Below, in pieces: positions 46,403 to 55,994 of a stretch of DNA of 64,000 bases (position 1 is its first letter; every line of letters starts with the position of its first letter). The DNA is from Candidatus Tepidifontimicrobium thermophilum (GTDB taxonomy: Bacteria > Sysuimicrobiota > Sysuimicrobiia > Sysuimicrobiales > Sysuimicrobiaceae): assembly GCA_031459915.1 (NCBI GenBank), contig JAVKHO010000001.1:187117-251116 (forward strand), in the 5' to 3' direction. A program made the position numbers and the translations under genes. The notes beneath the pieces are model-generated. The model worked only from the letters and a program-made list of their open reading frames with translations, made no database searches and was not told where the DNA came from.

Positions 46403-48314
46403 AGCACGCGCCTCCCTCCGGGCGGTTGTGGGCCCGGATGGTTCCTCCGTGGTCCCGGACGATGCCGTACGAGATGGACAGGCCCAGGCCCGTCCCCTCG
46501 CCCAGTTTCTTGGTGGTGAAGAAGGGGTCGAACACCCGGCCGAGGTACTCGGGAGGGATGCCCGGGCCGGTGTCCGCGAACTCCACCACAGCGCAGTCGC
46601 CGACGCGGTCGGTCCTGACCCGGAGGGTGCCCGGTCCCGATCCCATGGCCTGCAGGGCGTTCTGGACGATGTTGGTGAACACCTGCTGCAGCTGCACCGC
46701 GTTCGCCCGCACCCACAAGGGGTCCGGGTAGAAGCGGGGGACCAGCACCACCTCGCCCACATCCCAACGGAAGGCCTCCAGCGCCCTGCGCACCACCGGG
46801 TTCACGTCCAGGACCTCCCGCTCTACAGGCTGCGGGCGCGCGAACGTCAGCAAGCTGTGGATGATCTGCCGGGCCCGGTCCGCCTCCCGGACCACGATCC
46901 CCGCGTACCCGCGCAGGTCCTCCGGGAGCGCGGGGTCGGACTCCAGCAGCTGGGCGTACCCCAGCACGGACGTGAGCGGGTTGTTGAGCTCGTGGGCCAC
47001 GCCTGCCACCAGCTCGCCCACCGCGGAAAGCTTCTCCGCCTGCACCAGCTGCGCTTGCGCTTGCTCCAGGGCCTGCGTCCGTTCCGCCACCAGCCGCTGC
47101 AGGTCGGCCTGGTACGCCTGGAGCCGCTGGCGCGAGTCCTGCAGCTCCGCCGCCATCTGGTTGAACACCCGCGCCATCTCCGCCGTCTCGTCCCGCCGAC
47201 GCCCCACTTCCACCCGCGCGTCCAGGCGTCCGTCCCGCACCCGTTCCATGGCCTCCCGGAGGGCCTCCAGAGACGCTGTCATGGACCGGGTGAGGGCCAG
47301 CAGCACGAGGAAACCGCCCAGCAGCCCCACCACCGCGGCCGCGGAGAAGGTCTGCACGAAGGAGACCACGGAGGCGTTGACCAGCCCGACGTCCGCGAGG
47401 GCCCGATCCTGCTCGACCTGCAGCAGCGGGCGCAGGGTCTCCAGACGCGAGGTGACCTGCTGTGCCTCCCACGCTACGGCGCGGACCGCGCCAGGGCCGT
47501 GCAGCCGGCTCAAGTGGCCCTCCGCGCGGGCAGCCGCCTCGCGCACGGCAGCGGCCATGGCCCGTGCCTCGGGGACGGCGGTCAGGTGCTCGAGCTCTTC
47601 CAGCAGGCGCAGGTCGGACTGGGCCGGGGCGGCCGCTTGCGGGGCCCGCAAGTCGACCGCACGGGCCAGGGCGGAGGACAGCCGCCTGTAGAAGCGGGAC
47701 TCGAACTCCAGGGTGACCTGCAGGGCCTGGCTGAGTCGTCGGGCCCGCTCGCTGTTGCGGGCCAGGTTTCGCAGGAAACCCGGAAGCCACGCGGCGCCTT
47801 CCAGCGCCTTCAGCCGGGAGGCGCCCCCCACCGCCTGCCGCTGTGCCTGGTCCAGGTGGCGTTGCAAAACCAGCCGGAGTTGCTCGTGGCAGAGCAGGAG
47901 GGGGGTCAGCCGGTCCGGCATCCGAGCGCCGTTCGCGAGGAACGCCTGAGCGGCGCGGTCGCAGGTGAAAGCGAGGGCCCGCGCCCGCGCTGCCTCCGGA
48001 CCGGCTCCCCCTAGGAGGCGGTGCGGGTCCTGCGCCAGACGTTCCAGGTGGGAGCTCAGCAGGTAGGCCAGCAGCCGGTTCTCCTCCGGGCTTGCGGACG
48101 GGTCCAGGGCGCGCCGAAGGACGTAGAACAGCCGCCGCTCCAGCAACCCCAGGGCGGTGAGGACCTGCAAGCTGGCCCGGTCGGCCTGGTAAACGCGCCG
48201 GGTTACCTGCGCGATCCACGTGCCCGCGAAGGCGGAAGCGGCGAGCAACGCCGCCAGGAGGAGGGAGACCGCCAGGTACCCTGCCAGGATCCTGCGCCCG
48301 ATGCGCGAACGCAT
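46356..48314 (-). CDS. Membrane sensor histidine kinase (2 TM, HAMP, HisKA, HATPase; NtrB-like)
   Basis: GVAHELNNPL, NIVQNALQA, DTGPGI, FDPFFTTK, GTGLGL; ATG 48314. Confidence 0.9.
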   Translation of the reverse strand: MRSRIGRRILAGYLAVSLLLAALLAASAFAGTWIAQVTRRVYQADRASLQVLTALGLLERRLFYVLRRALDPSASPEENRLLAYLLSSHLERLAQDPHRLLGGAGPEAARARALAFTCDRAAQAFLANGARMPDRLTPLLLCHEQLRLVLQRHLDQAQRQAVGGASRLKALEGAAWLPGFLRNLARNSERARRLSQALQVTLEFESRFYRRLSSALARAVDLRAPQAAAPAQSDLRLLEELEHLTAVPEARAMAAAVREAAARAEGHLSRLHGPGAVRAVAWEAQQVTSRLETLRPLLQVEQDRALADVGLVNASVVSFVQTFSAAAVVGLLGGFLVLLALTRSMTASLEALREAMERVRDGRLDARVEVGRRRDETAEMARVFNQMAAELQDSRQRLQAYQADLQRLVAERTQALEQAQAQLVQAEKLSAVGELVAGVAHELNNPLTSVLGYAQLLESDPALPEDLRGYAGIVVREADRARQIIHSLLTFARPQPVEREVLDVNPVVRRALEAFRWDVGEVVLVPRFYPDPLWVRANAVQLQQVFTNIVQNALQAMGSGPGTLRVRTDRVGDCAVVEFADTGPGIPPEYLGRVFDPFFTTKKLGEGTGLGLSISYGIVRDHGGTIRAHNRPEGGACFTVELPLCEPPAPAP

Positions 48315-48365
48315 CTTAGGGGTATCTTCCGGGAGGCCCCCGAGCCCTGGCAAGCTGGAGGAGCA

Positions 48366-49133
48366 GTGCGCTACGTGGACCTCAACTGCGACCTGGGCGA
48401 GTCGTTCGGCCCGTACCGGCTCGGCAACGACGAGGCGGTGCTGGCGTACGTGACCTCCGCGAACGTGGCCTGCGGGATGCACGCGGGCGACCCGCTGGTC
48501 ATGCGGAAGACGGTCCAGCTGTGCCGGGAGCGGGGCGTGGCCGTGGGGGCGCACCCAGGCTATCCGGACCTGTGGGGGTTCGGCCGCCGCGCCCTGCCCA
48601 TGACCCCGGACGAGGTGTACGCCTTCCTGCTGGCCCAGGTCGGGGCCCTGGAGGCGGTGGCGCGCGCCGAGGGCGTGCGATTGCAGCACGTCAAGCCCCA
48701 CGGCGCGTTGTACAACGTGGCCGCGCGGGACGAGGCCACCGCCGCGGCCGTGGCGGAGGCCGTGCGCCGGGCCTGGCCGGAAGCCATCCTGGTGGTGCTG
48801 AGCGGGTCTACCAGTGAGCGGGTCGCACGAGGTCTGGGCGTGCGGGTGGCGCGGGAGGCCTTCTGCGACCGCGGGTACCGCAGGGACGGCAGCCTGGTGC
48901 CGCGGGATCAACCGGGGGCGGTGCTTGTGGAGCCCTTCGAGGTGGCATCGCGCGCGGTGCGCATCGCCCACGGGGAGCCCATCGAGACCGTGGACGGCGG
49001 TGAGGTGGTGGTGGAGGCGGAGACCCTTTGCATCCACGGGGACACGCCCGGCGCGGCGGAGCTGGCCGCCGCGGTGCGGGCGGCGCTGGAGGAGGCCCAC
49101 GTGCGGGTCCGCCCCATGGGAAGCTGGCTGTGA
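48366..49133 (+). CDS. pxpA: 5-oxoprolinase subunit A (LamB/YcsF)
   Basis: DLNCDLGESFG, NVACGMHAGD, GAHPGYPD..GFGRR, KPHGALYN, CIHGD. Confidence 0.92.
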   Translation: MRYVDLNCDLGESFGPYRLGNDEAVLAYVTSANVACGMHAGDPLVMRKTVQLCRERGVAVGAHPGYPDLWGFGRRALPMTPDEVYAFLLAQVGALEAVARAEGVRLQHVKPHGALYNVAARDEATAAAVAEAVRRAWPEAILVVLSGSTSERVARGLGVRVAREAFCDRGYRRDGSLVPRDQPGAVLVEPFEVASRAVRIAHGEPIETVDGGEVVVEAETLCIHGDTPGAAELAAAVRAALEEAHVRVRPMGSWL

Positions 49134-51457
49134 GGCGGTTCCTCCGGGCGGTCCTGGCCGCGGCGTTACTTCTGGCCGTGGGCTCGGGTGCGACAGGTGC
49201 GTACCTGGTCCGCAGGGCGTTCCCGCAGGTGCAGGGTACCCTGGTGGTGGCGGGGCTGCAGCAGGCGGTGGAAGTGATCCGCGACCCCTGGGGTGTCCCG
49301 CACGTGTACGCCCGCACCGAACACGACCTGTTCTTCGCCCAGGGCTACGTGCACGCGCAGGACCGGCTGTGGCAGATGGAGCTGAACCGCCGTACCGCCA
49401 CCGGGCGGCTGTCCGAGCTTTTCGGCGAGCGCACCCTGCGCACCGACCGCTTCCTCCGGACCCTGGGGCTGCGGCAGGCAGCGGCGCTGGAGTGGGGGCT
49501 CCTCTCGGAGGACACGCGGGCGGCCCTGCGCGCCTACGCGGCCGGTGTGAACGCCTTCCTCCAGCAGAACCGCCACCGGCTGCCCCTGGAGTTCGTCCTC
49601 CTGCGTACCGCCCCGGAGCCGTGGACGCCGCTGGACAGCCTGAGCTTCGGCAAACTCATGGCGTACGAACTGGGCGGGAACTGGCAGACGGAGCTGCTCC
49701 GGGCGGAGCTGCTGCGGAGGCTGGGGCCGGAAGCCGTGGCGCGGCTGCTGCCCGGTGAGCTGCCGGACTCCCCCGTGATCGTCCCCGAGGCGGGATCCGG
49801 CCAGCATCGAGCGCCGGCAGCGGGCGCGGGGGCTCTGTCAGGGAGCAACAACTGGGTCCTGCGCGGGCAGCTCACAGACACGGGCCGCCCCTATCTGGCC
49901 AACGACCCACACCTTCGGGCGGGTCTCCCCTCCACCTGGTACACCGTACACCTGGAGGGCGGCCGGTACCGGGTCGCGGGCTTCAGCTTTCCCGGTGTGC
50001 CGGGGGTCGTGATCGGGCACAACGAGTGGATCGCGTGGGGAGTCACCAACGCCAACCCCGACGTGCAGGACCTGTTCGTGGAGCGTCTGCACCCCCGGGA
50101 CCCTTCCCGCTACCTGTTCCGGGGCCGGTGGCATCCGGTACAGGTCCGGCGGGAGGAGATCCGGATCCGAGGCCGCGCCCCGGAGCAGTGGGTCGTCCGC
50201 AGCACTCACCACGGCCCCGTCCTCAACGGGGTGGTGGAGGGGTTGCGCGACGTGGTGGCGCTGCGGTGGACCGCGCTAGTGCCCACCACCGTGGCGGAGG
50301 GCGTGCTGCGGATCAACCGCGCCCGGAACTGGCGGGAGTTCCGGGAAGCGCTCCGGTACTTCCACGTGCCCAGCCAGAACTTCGTGTACGCGGACCGGGA
50401 GGGGAACATCGGCTACCAGCTGCCGGGCCGCATTCCGGTCCGGGCCAAGGGCGACGGCACCGTTCCGGTGCCCGGCTGGACCGGGGAGTACGAGTGGGTG
50501 GGCTGGGTCCCGTACGAGGCCCTGCCGAGTGCATTCAACCCGCCCAGGGGCTGGATTGCCACCGCCAACAACCGCATCGTACCGGCCGGCTTTCGCTACC
50601 TCCTGGGGAGCGAGTGGTCGGAGGGGCTACGGGCCCAGCGGATCGCGCAGGTGCTCACCGCCCGCGGCCGCCACACCCTGGAGGATCTCCAGCGGTTGCA
50701 GTTCGACCACGTGTCGTTGGCCGGCCGGCGCGTGGCTCCGGTCCTGAGCCGCGTGGAGGCGCCCGACGAAACGGTGCGGGCCGTGCAGGAGGACCTGCGT
50801 CGGTGGGACGGGACCCTGTCCGTGGACAGCCGCGCGGGGGCGGTGTACGAGGCGTTTCTGGTCCAGGCCGCGGAGTACCTGTTCCGGTCCCGGCTCGGCG
50901 ACGGGCTGTGGGAACGTTACGCGTCGCGGCCGTTCGTCATGGCCGCGTTCCTGCGCCTGTGGGAACGCCCTTCGGACCCCTGGTGGGGCCCGGGAGGCCG
51001 CGACCGGGCCGCTTCCGAGATCCTGCGAAGGGCGGTCCGGTACCTGGAAGCTCGTCTGGGACGCGACCGGTCCCGGTGGACGTGGGGAGCCCTGCACCAG
51101 GTGCACTTCGCCCACGCACTGCTGCCCGTCCCTGTGTTGGGCCGGTGGCTCAGCGCGGGCCCCGTCCCCACACCCGGAGACGGCTGGACCGTCAACCAGG
51201 CGGCTTACTCCCTCCTGCAACCCTTCCGGCAGACCGTGGTGGCGTCCATGCGAATGGTGCTGGATGTCGGCGAGTGGGACCGCTCCGTGGCGGTACACAC
51301 CACGGGGCAGTCGGGGCTGCCGGGCCACCCCCACCGGGCGGACCTGCTCCCCCTGTGGGCGTCGGGGCGGTACCACCCCCTTTTGTGGTCGCGCGCAGCC
51401 GTCGAGCAGCAGGCGCGTAGCCGTTTACTCCTGCGCCCCGCGGGCCGGGTTCCTTGA
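49130..51457 (+). CDS. Penicillin/AHL acylase family Ntn hydrolase (S45)
   Basis: N-terminal anchor, RDPWGVPH, QDRLWQME, G|SNNW nucleophile, ANDPHL, GQSG. Confidence 0.92.
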   Translation: MRRFLRAVLAAALLLAVGSGATGAYLVRRAFPQVQGTLVVAGLQQAVEVIRDPWGVPHVYARTEHDLFFAQGYVHAQDRLWQMELNRRTATGRLSELFGERTLRTDRFLRTLGLRQAAALEWGLLSEDTRAALRAYAAGVNAFLQQNRHRLPLEFVLLRTAPEPWTPLDSLSFGKLMAYELGGNWQTELLRAELLRRLGPEAVARLLPGELPDSPVIVPEAGSGQHRAPAAGAGALSGSNNWVLRGQLTDTGRPYLANDPHLRAGLPSTWYTVHLEGGRYRVAGFSFPGVPGVVIGHNEWIAWGVTNANPDVQDLFVERLHPRDPSRYLFRGRWHPVQVRREEIRIRGRAPEQWVVRSTHHGPVLNGVVEGLRDVVALRWTALVPTTVAEGVLRINRARNWREFREALRYFHVPSQNFVYADREGNIGYQLPGRIPVRAKGDGTVPVPGWTGEYEWVGWVPYEALPSAFNPPRGWIATANNRIVPAGFRYLLGSEWSEGLRAQRIAQVLTARGRHTLEDLQRLQFDHVSLAGRRVAPVLSRVEAPDETVRAVQEDLRRWDGTLSVDSRAGAVYEAFLVQAAEYLFRSRLGDGLWERYASRPFVMAAFLRLWERPSDPWWGPGGRDRAASEILRRAVRYLEARLGRDRSRWTWGALHQVHFAHALLPVPVLGRWLSAGPVPTPGDGWTVNQAAYSLLQPFRQTVVASMRMVLDVGEWDRSVAVHTTGQSGLPGHPHRADLLPLWASGRYHPLLWSRAAVEQQARSRLLLRPAGRVP

Positions 51458-51486
51458 CCGGCCCGGGACCCCGTGGTACGCTCTGG

Positions 51487-51504
51487 CTACCAAACGTTTG
51501 GTAG
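51487..51504. promoter_or_regulatory. Perfect 18-bp palindrome, probable TetR operator
   Basis: CTACCAAAC|GTTTGGTAG ending 5 nt before the TetR ATG. Confidence 0.8.
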
Positions 51505-51509
51505 GCCAC

Positions 51510-52112
51510 ATGGCGGAAGCCGGGATCCGTCCCAAGCACGAAGAGCTGCTGGCCGCGGCGGTGCGGATGTTCCGACAGAAGGGGTACCACGACACCTCCA
51601 TGCAGGACCTGGCGGAGGCGGTGGGTATCCAGCGGGGCAGCCTGTACCACTACATCGAGGCCAAGGAAGACCTCCTGTGGGACATCATGGATCGCGCCAT
51701 GCGGCGGCTGCTGGACGCGGTGGAGCCCGTGGCAGCCTCCTCCGTTCCGGCGTCGGAGAAGCTGCGGCGCGCCGTGCAGGCCCACCTGGCGGTAGCCGCC
51801 GAGCACCGGGACGAACTCGTGGTCCTGCATGTGGAGCTGAAGAGCCTCTCGGCTGCCAGGCGCGAGCGCATGCTGGCCCTGCGGGACCGCTACGAAGGGC
51901 TGTTCCGCCGGATGGTGGAGGAAGGGGTGCGGACGGGCGAGTTCAGGGCCGCGGACCCGAAGACCGTGGGGCTGGCCATCCTGGGCGCGTGCAACTGGTT
52001 CACCACCTGGTTCCGCCCCGAGGGGCCCCTGTCGGCCGCGGACTTCGCCCGGGCGTTCGCGGACCTGTTCCTAGAAGGGTTGGTGCGTTCACCCCAGCGT
52101 CAGGGAGGTTAG
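51510..52112 (+). CDS. TetR/AcrR family regulator (KstR2/PaaR-like C-terminus)
   Basis: AAVRMFRQKGY..TSMQDLA..GSLYHY; LGACNW..WFRPEG. Confidence 0.92.
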   Translation: MAEAGIRPKHEELLAAAVRMFRQKGYHDTSMQDLAEAVGIQRGSLYHYIEAKEDLLWDIMDRAMRRLLDAVEPVAASSVPASEKLRRAVQAHLAVAAEHRDELVVLHVELKSLSAARRERMLALRDRYEGLFRRMVEEGVRTGEFRAADPKTVGLAILGACNWFTTWFRPEGPLSAADFARAFADLFLEGLVRSPQRQGG

Positions 52113-52114
52113 CG

Positions 52115-54508
52115 GTGCCGAGCCGGAACATCCGCCGCGCGGCGGTCCTCGGAGCAGGAACCATGGGGTGCCAGCTGGCCGCGCTGCTGGCCAACGCGGG
52201 CGTGCCCGTCTTACTCCTGGACATCGTGCCCACGGAGCTGACCGACGAGGAGCGGCGCCGGGAGCTCACCCTGAGCCACCCGGAAGTCCGCAACCGGCTG
52301 AGCCGGGCCGGCCTGGAACGGGCTCTGCAGATGCGGCCCGCGGCGTTCACGGCCCCGGAGCGGGCCCAGCTGGTGACCGTGGGGAACCTGGAGGACGACC
52401 TGCACCGGATCGCGGACTGCGACTGGATCATCGAGGCGGTGGTGGAGGACCTCCAGGTCAAACAGGGACTCCTGGAACGGCTGGAGCGGTTCTGGAGACC
52501 CGGCGTGGTGGTGAGCACCAACACCTCGGGTCTGCCTGTGCGGGAGATCGCCCACGGCCGGTCCGAAGCTTTCCGCCGGCACTTCCTCGGCACCCACTTC
52601 TTCAACCCACCCCGGTACCTGCGGCTGCTGGAGCTGATCCCCCTGCCCGACACCGACCCGGCGGTCGTGCGGTGGGTGGAGGACGTGGCGGGCCGGGTCC
52701 TGGGAAAGGGGGTGGTGTTCTGCAAAGACACCCCCAACTTCATCGCAAACCGCATCGCGACCTTCGGGTTCCTCCACACGGTGCGCGTCATGGTGGAGGA
52801 GGAGCTGACCATCGAGGAGGTGGACGAGCTCACGGGTCCCTTCCTCGGCCGTCCCCGGACCGCGACCTTCCGGACCGCGGACCTGGTGGGGCTGGACGTC
52901 CTCGCCCACGTGGCCCGCAACTCCTACGAGCGGCTGGCGGACGACGAGCAGCGGGAGGTCTTCCAGCTGCCCCCGTTCGTGCAGGCCATGCTGGAACGCG
53001 GGTGGCTAGGAGACAAGTCCGGTGGCGGTTTCTACCGCCGCACGGACGGTGAGGTCCTGACCCTCGACTACCGGACCCTGGAGTACCGGCCCCGCCAGCG
53101 GCCGCGCCTAGCCGGCGTGGAGGCGGTCCGCAACCTGGAGGACTGGACGCGCCGGGTCAAGGCGGTCCTGAACGCGGGCGACCGGGCAGGCCGGTTCCTG
53201 TGGCGGGTGCTGTCCGGGGTACTGGTGTACGCGGCCCGCCGCATCCCCGAGATCTCCGACGACCTGGTGAACGTGGACCGCGCCCTGCGTTGGGGCTTCG
53301 GGTGGGAGATGGGCCCCTTCGAGACGTGGGACGCCCTGGGCGTCCGGGAGGTGGCGCAGCGGCTGGAGGCCGACGGCGTGGACTTGCCGCCCCTGGTGCG
53401 GCACGTCCTGGACTCCGGGGGGACCTTCTACCGTCGCTCCGACGGAACCCTGGAGGTGTTCCAGCCCGCTGCCCGGGCCTACGCCCCGGTCCGGTGGCCC
53501 GAAGGGGTCCTCGTGCTCCGGGAGCGCAAGGCCCAGGGAGGGGTGGTGGCCCACAACGCGGGCGCCAGCCTGGTGGACCTGGGGGACGGGGTCCTGTGCG
53601 TGGAGTTCCACACCAAGATGAACGCCATCGGCGAGGACATCGTCCGGATGCTCCACCAGGCCCTGCGGGAGGCGGAGAGCGGGTTCGAGGCAGTGGTGGT
53701 GGCCAACCAGGGCCCGGACTTCTCCGCGGGCGCCAACCTGGTGCTGCTCCTGGTGGAGGCCCAGGAGGGGAACTGGGAGGAACTGGACCTGGCGGTGCGG
53801 ACCTTCCAGCAGCTCAACCAGGCCGTCAAGTACTTCCCCAAGCCCGTGGTGGTGGCGCCCCACGGCCGCACCCTGGGAGGTGGCTGCGAACTGGTGCTGC
53901 ACGCGAGCCGGGTGCAGGCGGCCATGGAGACCTACATGGGGCTGGTGGAGACGGCCGTGGGGCTGATCCCCGCCGGCGGCGGGGTTAAAGAGACGGCCAC
54001 ACGGGTGGCCGAGCGCTTCCCGGAAGAGGTGGCTGGGGACCTGTTCCCCCTGCTGCGGTGGGCCTTCGAGCTGGTGGCCACCGCCCGGGTCGCTACCTCC
54101 GCGGAGGAGTGCCGCAAGTTCGGCTTCTTGCGTCCTGGCGACGGGATCACCCTGAACCCGGACCGCCTGGTGGCGGACGCCAAGGAAGTGGCCTTGTCCC
54201 TGGTCCGCACCGGTTACCGGCCGCCCCTGCGGCGTCCGGTCCGGGTGGGCGGGGAACGGGTGCGGGCCGCCCTGTACGCGGGGCTGCACAACCTGCGGGT
54301 GGCCGGGCACATCACGGAGTACGACGAGTACGTCGGCCGCAAGCTGGCGTACGTGCTCACCGGGGGCGACGTCCCCGAGGGCGCTCGGGTGGACGAGCAG
54401 CACCTTCTGGACCTGGAACGGGAGGTGTTCTTGAGCCTGCTGGGCGAGCCGCGGACGCAGGAACGGATCCGCCACATGCTGGAGCGGGGCCGGCCGCTCC
54501 GCAACTAG
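52115..54508 (+). CDS. 3-hydroxyacyl-CoA dehydrogenase/enoyl-CoA hydratase (FadN-like)
   Basis: GAGTMG, EAVVE, STNTSG, HFFNPPRY, C-terminal crotonase FSAGANL, GGGCE. Confidence 0.92.
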   Translation: MPSRNIRRAAVLGAGTMGCQLAALLANAGVPVLLLDIVPTELTDEERRRELTLSHPEVRNRLSRAGLERALQMRPAAFTAPERAQLVTVGNLEDDLHRIADCDWIIEAVVEDLQVKQGLLERLERFWRPGVVVSTNTSGLPVREIAHGRSEAFRRHFLGTHFFNPPRYLRLLELIPLPDTDPAVVRWVEDVAGRVLGKGVVFCKDTPNFIANRIATFGFLHTVRVMVEEELTIEEVDELTGPFLGRPRTATFRTADLVGLDVLAHVARNSYERLADDEQREVFQLPPFVQAMLERGWLGDKSGGGFYRRTDGEVLTLDYRTLEYRPRQRPRLAGVEAVRNLEDWTRRVKAVLNAGDRAGRFLWRVLSGVLVYAARRIPEISDDLVNVDRALRWGFGWEMGPFETWDALGVREVAQRLEADGVDLPPLVRHVLDSGGTFYRRSDGTLEVFQPAARAYAPVRWPEGVLVLRERKAQGGVVAHNAGASLVDLGDGVLCVEFHTKMNAIGEDIVRMLHQALREAESGFEAVVVANQGPDFSAGANLVLLLVEAQEGNWEELDLAVRTFQQLNQAVKYFPKPVVVAPHGRTLGGGCELVLHASRVQAAMETYMGLVETAVGLIPAGGGVKETATRVAERFPEEVAGDLFPLLRWAFELVATARVATSAEECRKFGFLRPGDGITLNPDRLVADAKEVALSLVRTGYRPPLRRPVRVGGERVRAALYAGLHNLRVAGHITEYDEYVGRKLAYVLTGGDVPEGARVDEQHLLDLEREVFLSLLGEPRTQERIRHMLERGRPLRN

Positions 54509-54517
54509 GAGGGCGCC

Positions 54518-54772
54518 GTGGAAGCGCACGTGTGCGATCCCAGCGTGTTCACGCCCGCGGAGCGGGCGCGGCACGACCGGCTGGTCCAGGAGCTTTTCGA
54601 GGTGGCTCGCCCGGACCCCCAGTCCCCCGAGGTGTTCCGGTTCCCACCGGAGGACGCGTGGGTGATGAAGGTGGCGGAGTGGCTGACGCTGGAGCGCCGG
54701 TGCTGCCCGCACTTCCGGTTCCAGGTGGAGGTCGGACAGGGCTTTTTGAGCCTGCGCGTGGAGTCCGTGTAG
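54518..54772 (+). CDS. Small hypothetical protein with Cys...ERRCCPxF motif
   Basis: GGAGG RBS and GTG start; VCD..ERRCCPHFRF. Confidence 0.7.
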   Translation: MEAHVCDPSVFTPAERARHDRLVQELFEVARPDPQSPEVFRFPPEDAWVMKVAEWLTLERRCCPHFRFQVEVGQGFLSLRVESV

Positions 54773-54784
54773 GGGAGGTGTGCG

Positions 54785-55960
54785 GTGCGGGAGGCGGTGA
54801 TCGTCACCGCGGTGCGCTCCGCGGTAGGTAAGGCGCCCAAGGGGTCCCTCAAGGACGCCCGGCCCGACGAGCTGGCCAGCCAGGTGATCCGGCAGGCCCT
54901 GGAGCGGACTCCCGGCCTCGCCCCTCGGGAGGTGGACGACGTGATCCTCGGCTGCGCCATGCCCGAGGGCGAACAGGGCCTGAACGTGGCCCGGGTGGCG
55001 GCCCTGCGGGCGGGGCTGCCGGACTCGGTGCCCGGGGTCACGGTGAACCGGTTCTGCGCCTCCGGCCTGCAGGCGATCGCCATGGCCGCGGAGCGGATCC
55101 TGGCGGGCTGGGCCGACGTGGTGGTGGCCGGAGGGGTGGAGAGCATGAGCCTCATCCCCATGACGGGCTGGAAGTTCGCTCCCCACCCGGACTTGGTGGA
55201 GCGGTGGCCCGACGTCTACCTGTCCATGGGCAACACTGCGGAGATCGTGGCCCGCCGGTTCGAGGTGTCGCGAGAGGACCAGGACCAGTGGAGCTTGCGC
55301 AGCCACCAGCGGGCCGCCGCGGCCATCCGGGAGGGACGCTTCCGTGAGGAGATCGTGCCTGTCCGCGTTCGACGTTGGGAGGAGGACGGCCCTGTGCCCC
55401 GCGCGCGGGAGCTGGTCTTCGAAGTGGACGAGGGGGTGCGGTTCGACACCTCCTTGGAAGCGCTGGGCCGGCTGAAGCCCGCCTTCGCCAAGGACGGCAC
55501 GGTTACCGCGGGCAACTCCTCGCAGACCAGCGACGGTGCTGCCGCCTGCGTGGTGATGAGCGACCGCAAGGCGGCCCAACTCGGCCTGAAGCCCCTGGGG
55601 CTGTTCCGGTCCTTTGCCGTGGCGGGGGTGCCCCCGGAGATCATGGGGATCGGGCCCGTGGAGGCGGTGCCGAAGGCCCTGCGGCTGGCCGGAGTCCGTC
55701 TGCAGGACGTGGACCTGGTGGAGCTGAACGAGGCCTTTGCCAGCCAGACCCTGGCGGTGATCCGGCGGCTGGAGCTGGACCCGGAGCGGGTCAACCCCAA
55801 CGGGGGTGCCATCGCCCTGGGGCACCCCCTGGGCTGCACAGGGGCCAAGCTCACCGCCACCCTGCTGCACGAGATGCGCCGGCGAAGCGCCCGGTACGGG
55901 GTCGTGACCATGTGCGTGGGCGGCGGGATGGGAGCCGCGGGAGTGTTCGAGAGACCGTAG
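54785..55960 (+). CDS. fadA: Acetyl-CoA C-acyltransferase (thiolase)
   Basis: NRFCASG, NEAFA, GHPLG, CVGGG. Confidence 0.93.
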   Translation: MREAVIVTAVRSAVGKAPKGSLKDARPDELASQVIRQALERTPGLAPREVDDVILGCAMPEGEQGLNVARVAALRAGLPDSVPGVTVNRFCASGLQAIAMAAERILAGWADVVVAGGVESMSLIPMTGWKFAPHPDLVERWPDVYLSMGNTAEIVARRFEVSREDQDQWSLRSHQRAAAAIREGRFREEIVPVRVRRWEEDGPVPRARELVFEVDEGVRFDTSLEALGRLKPAFAKDGTVTAGNSSQTSDGAAACVVMSDRKAAQLGLKPLGLFRSFAVAGVPPEIMGIGPVEAVPKALRLAGVRLQDVDLVELNEAFASQTLAVIRRLELDPERVNPNGGAIALGHPLGCTGAKLTATLLHEMRRRSARYGVVTMCVGGGMGAAGVFERP

Positions 55961-55994
55961 GCTGTGGGTTTTCGAGGAGAGGAGGTCGGAGGCG

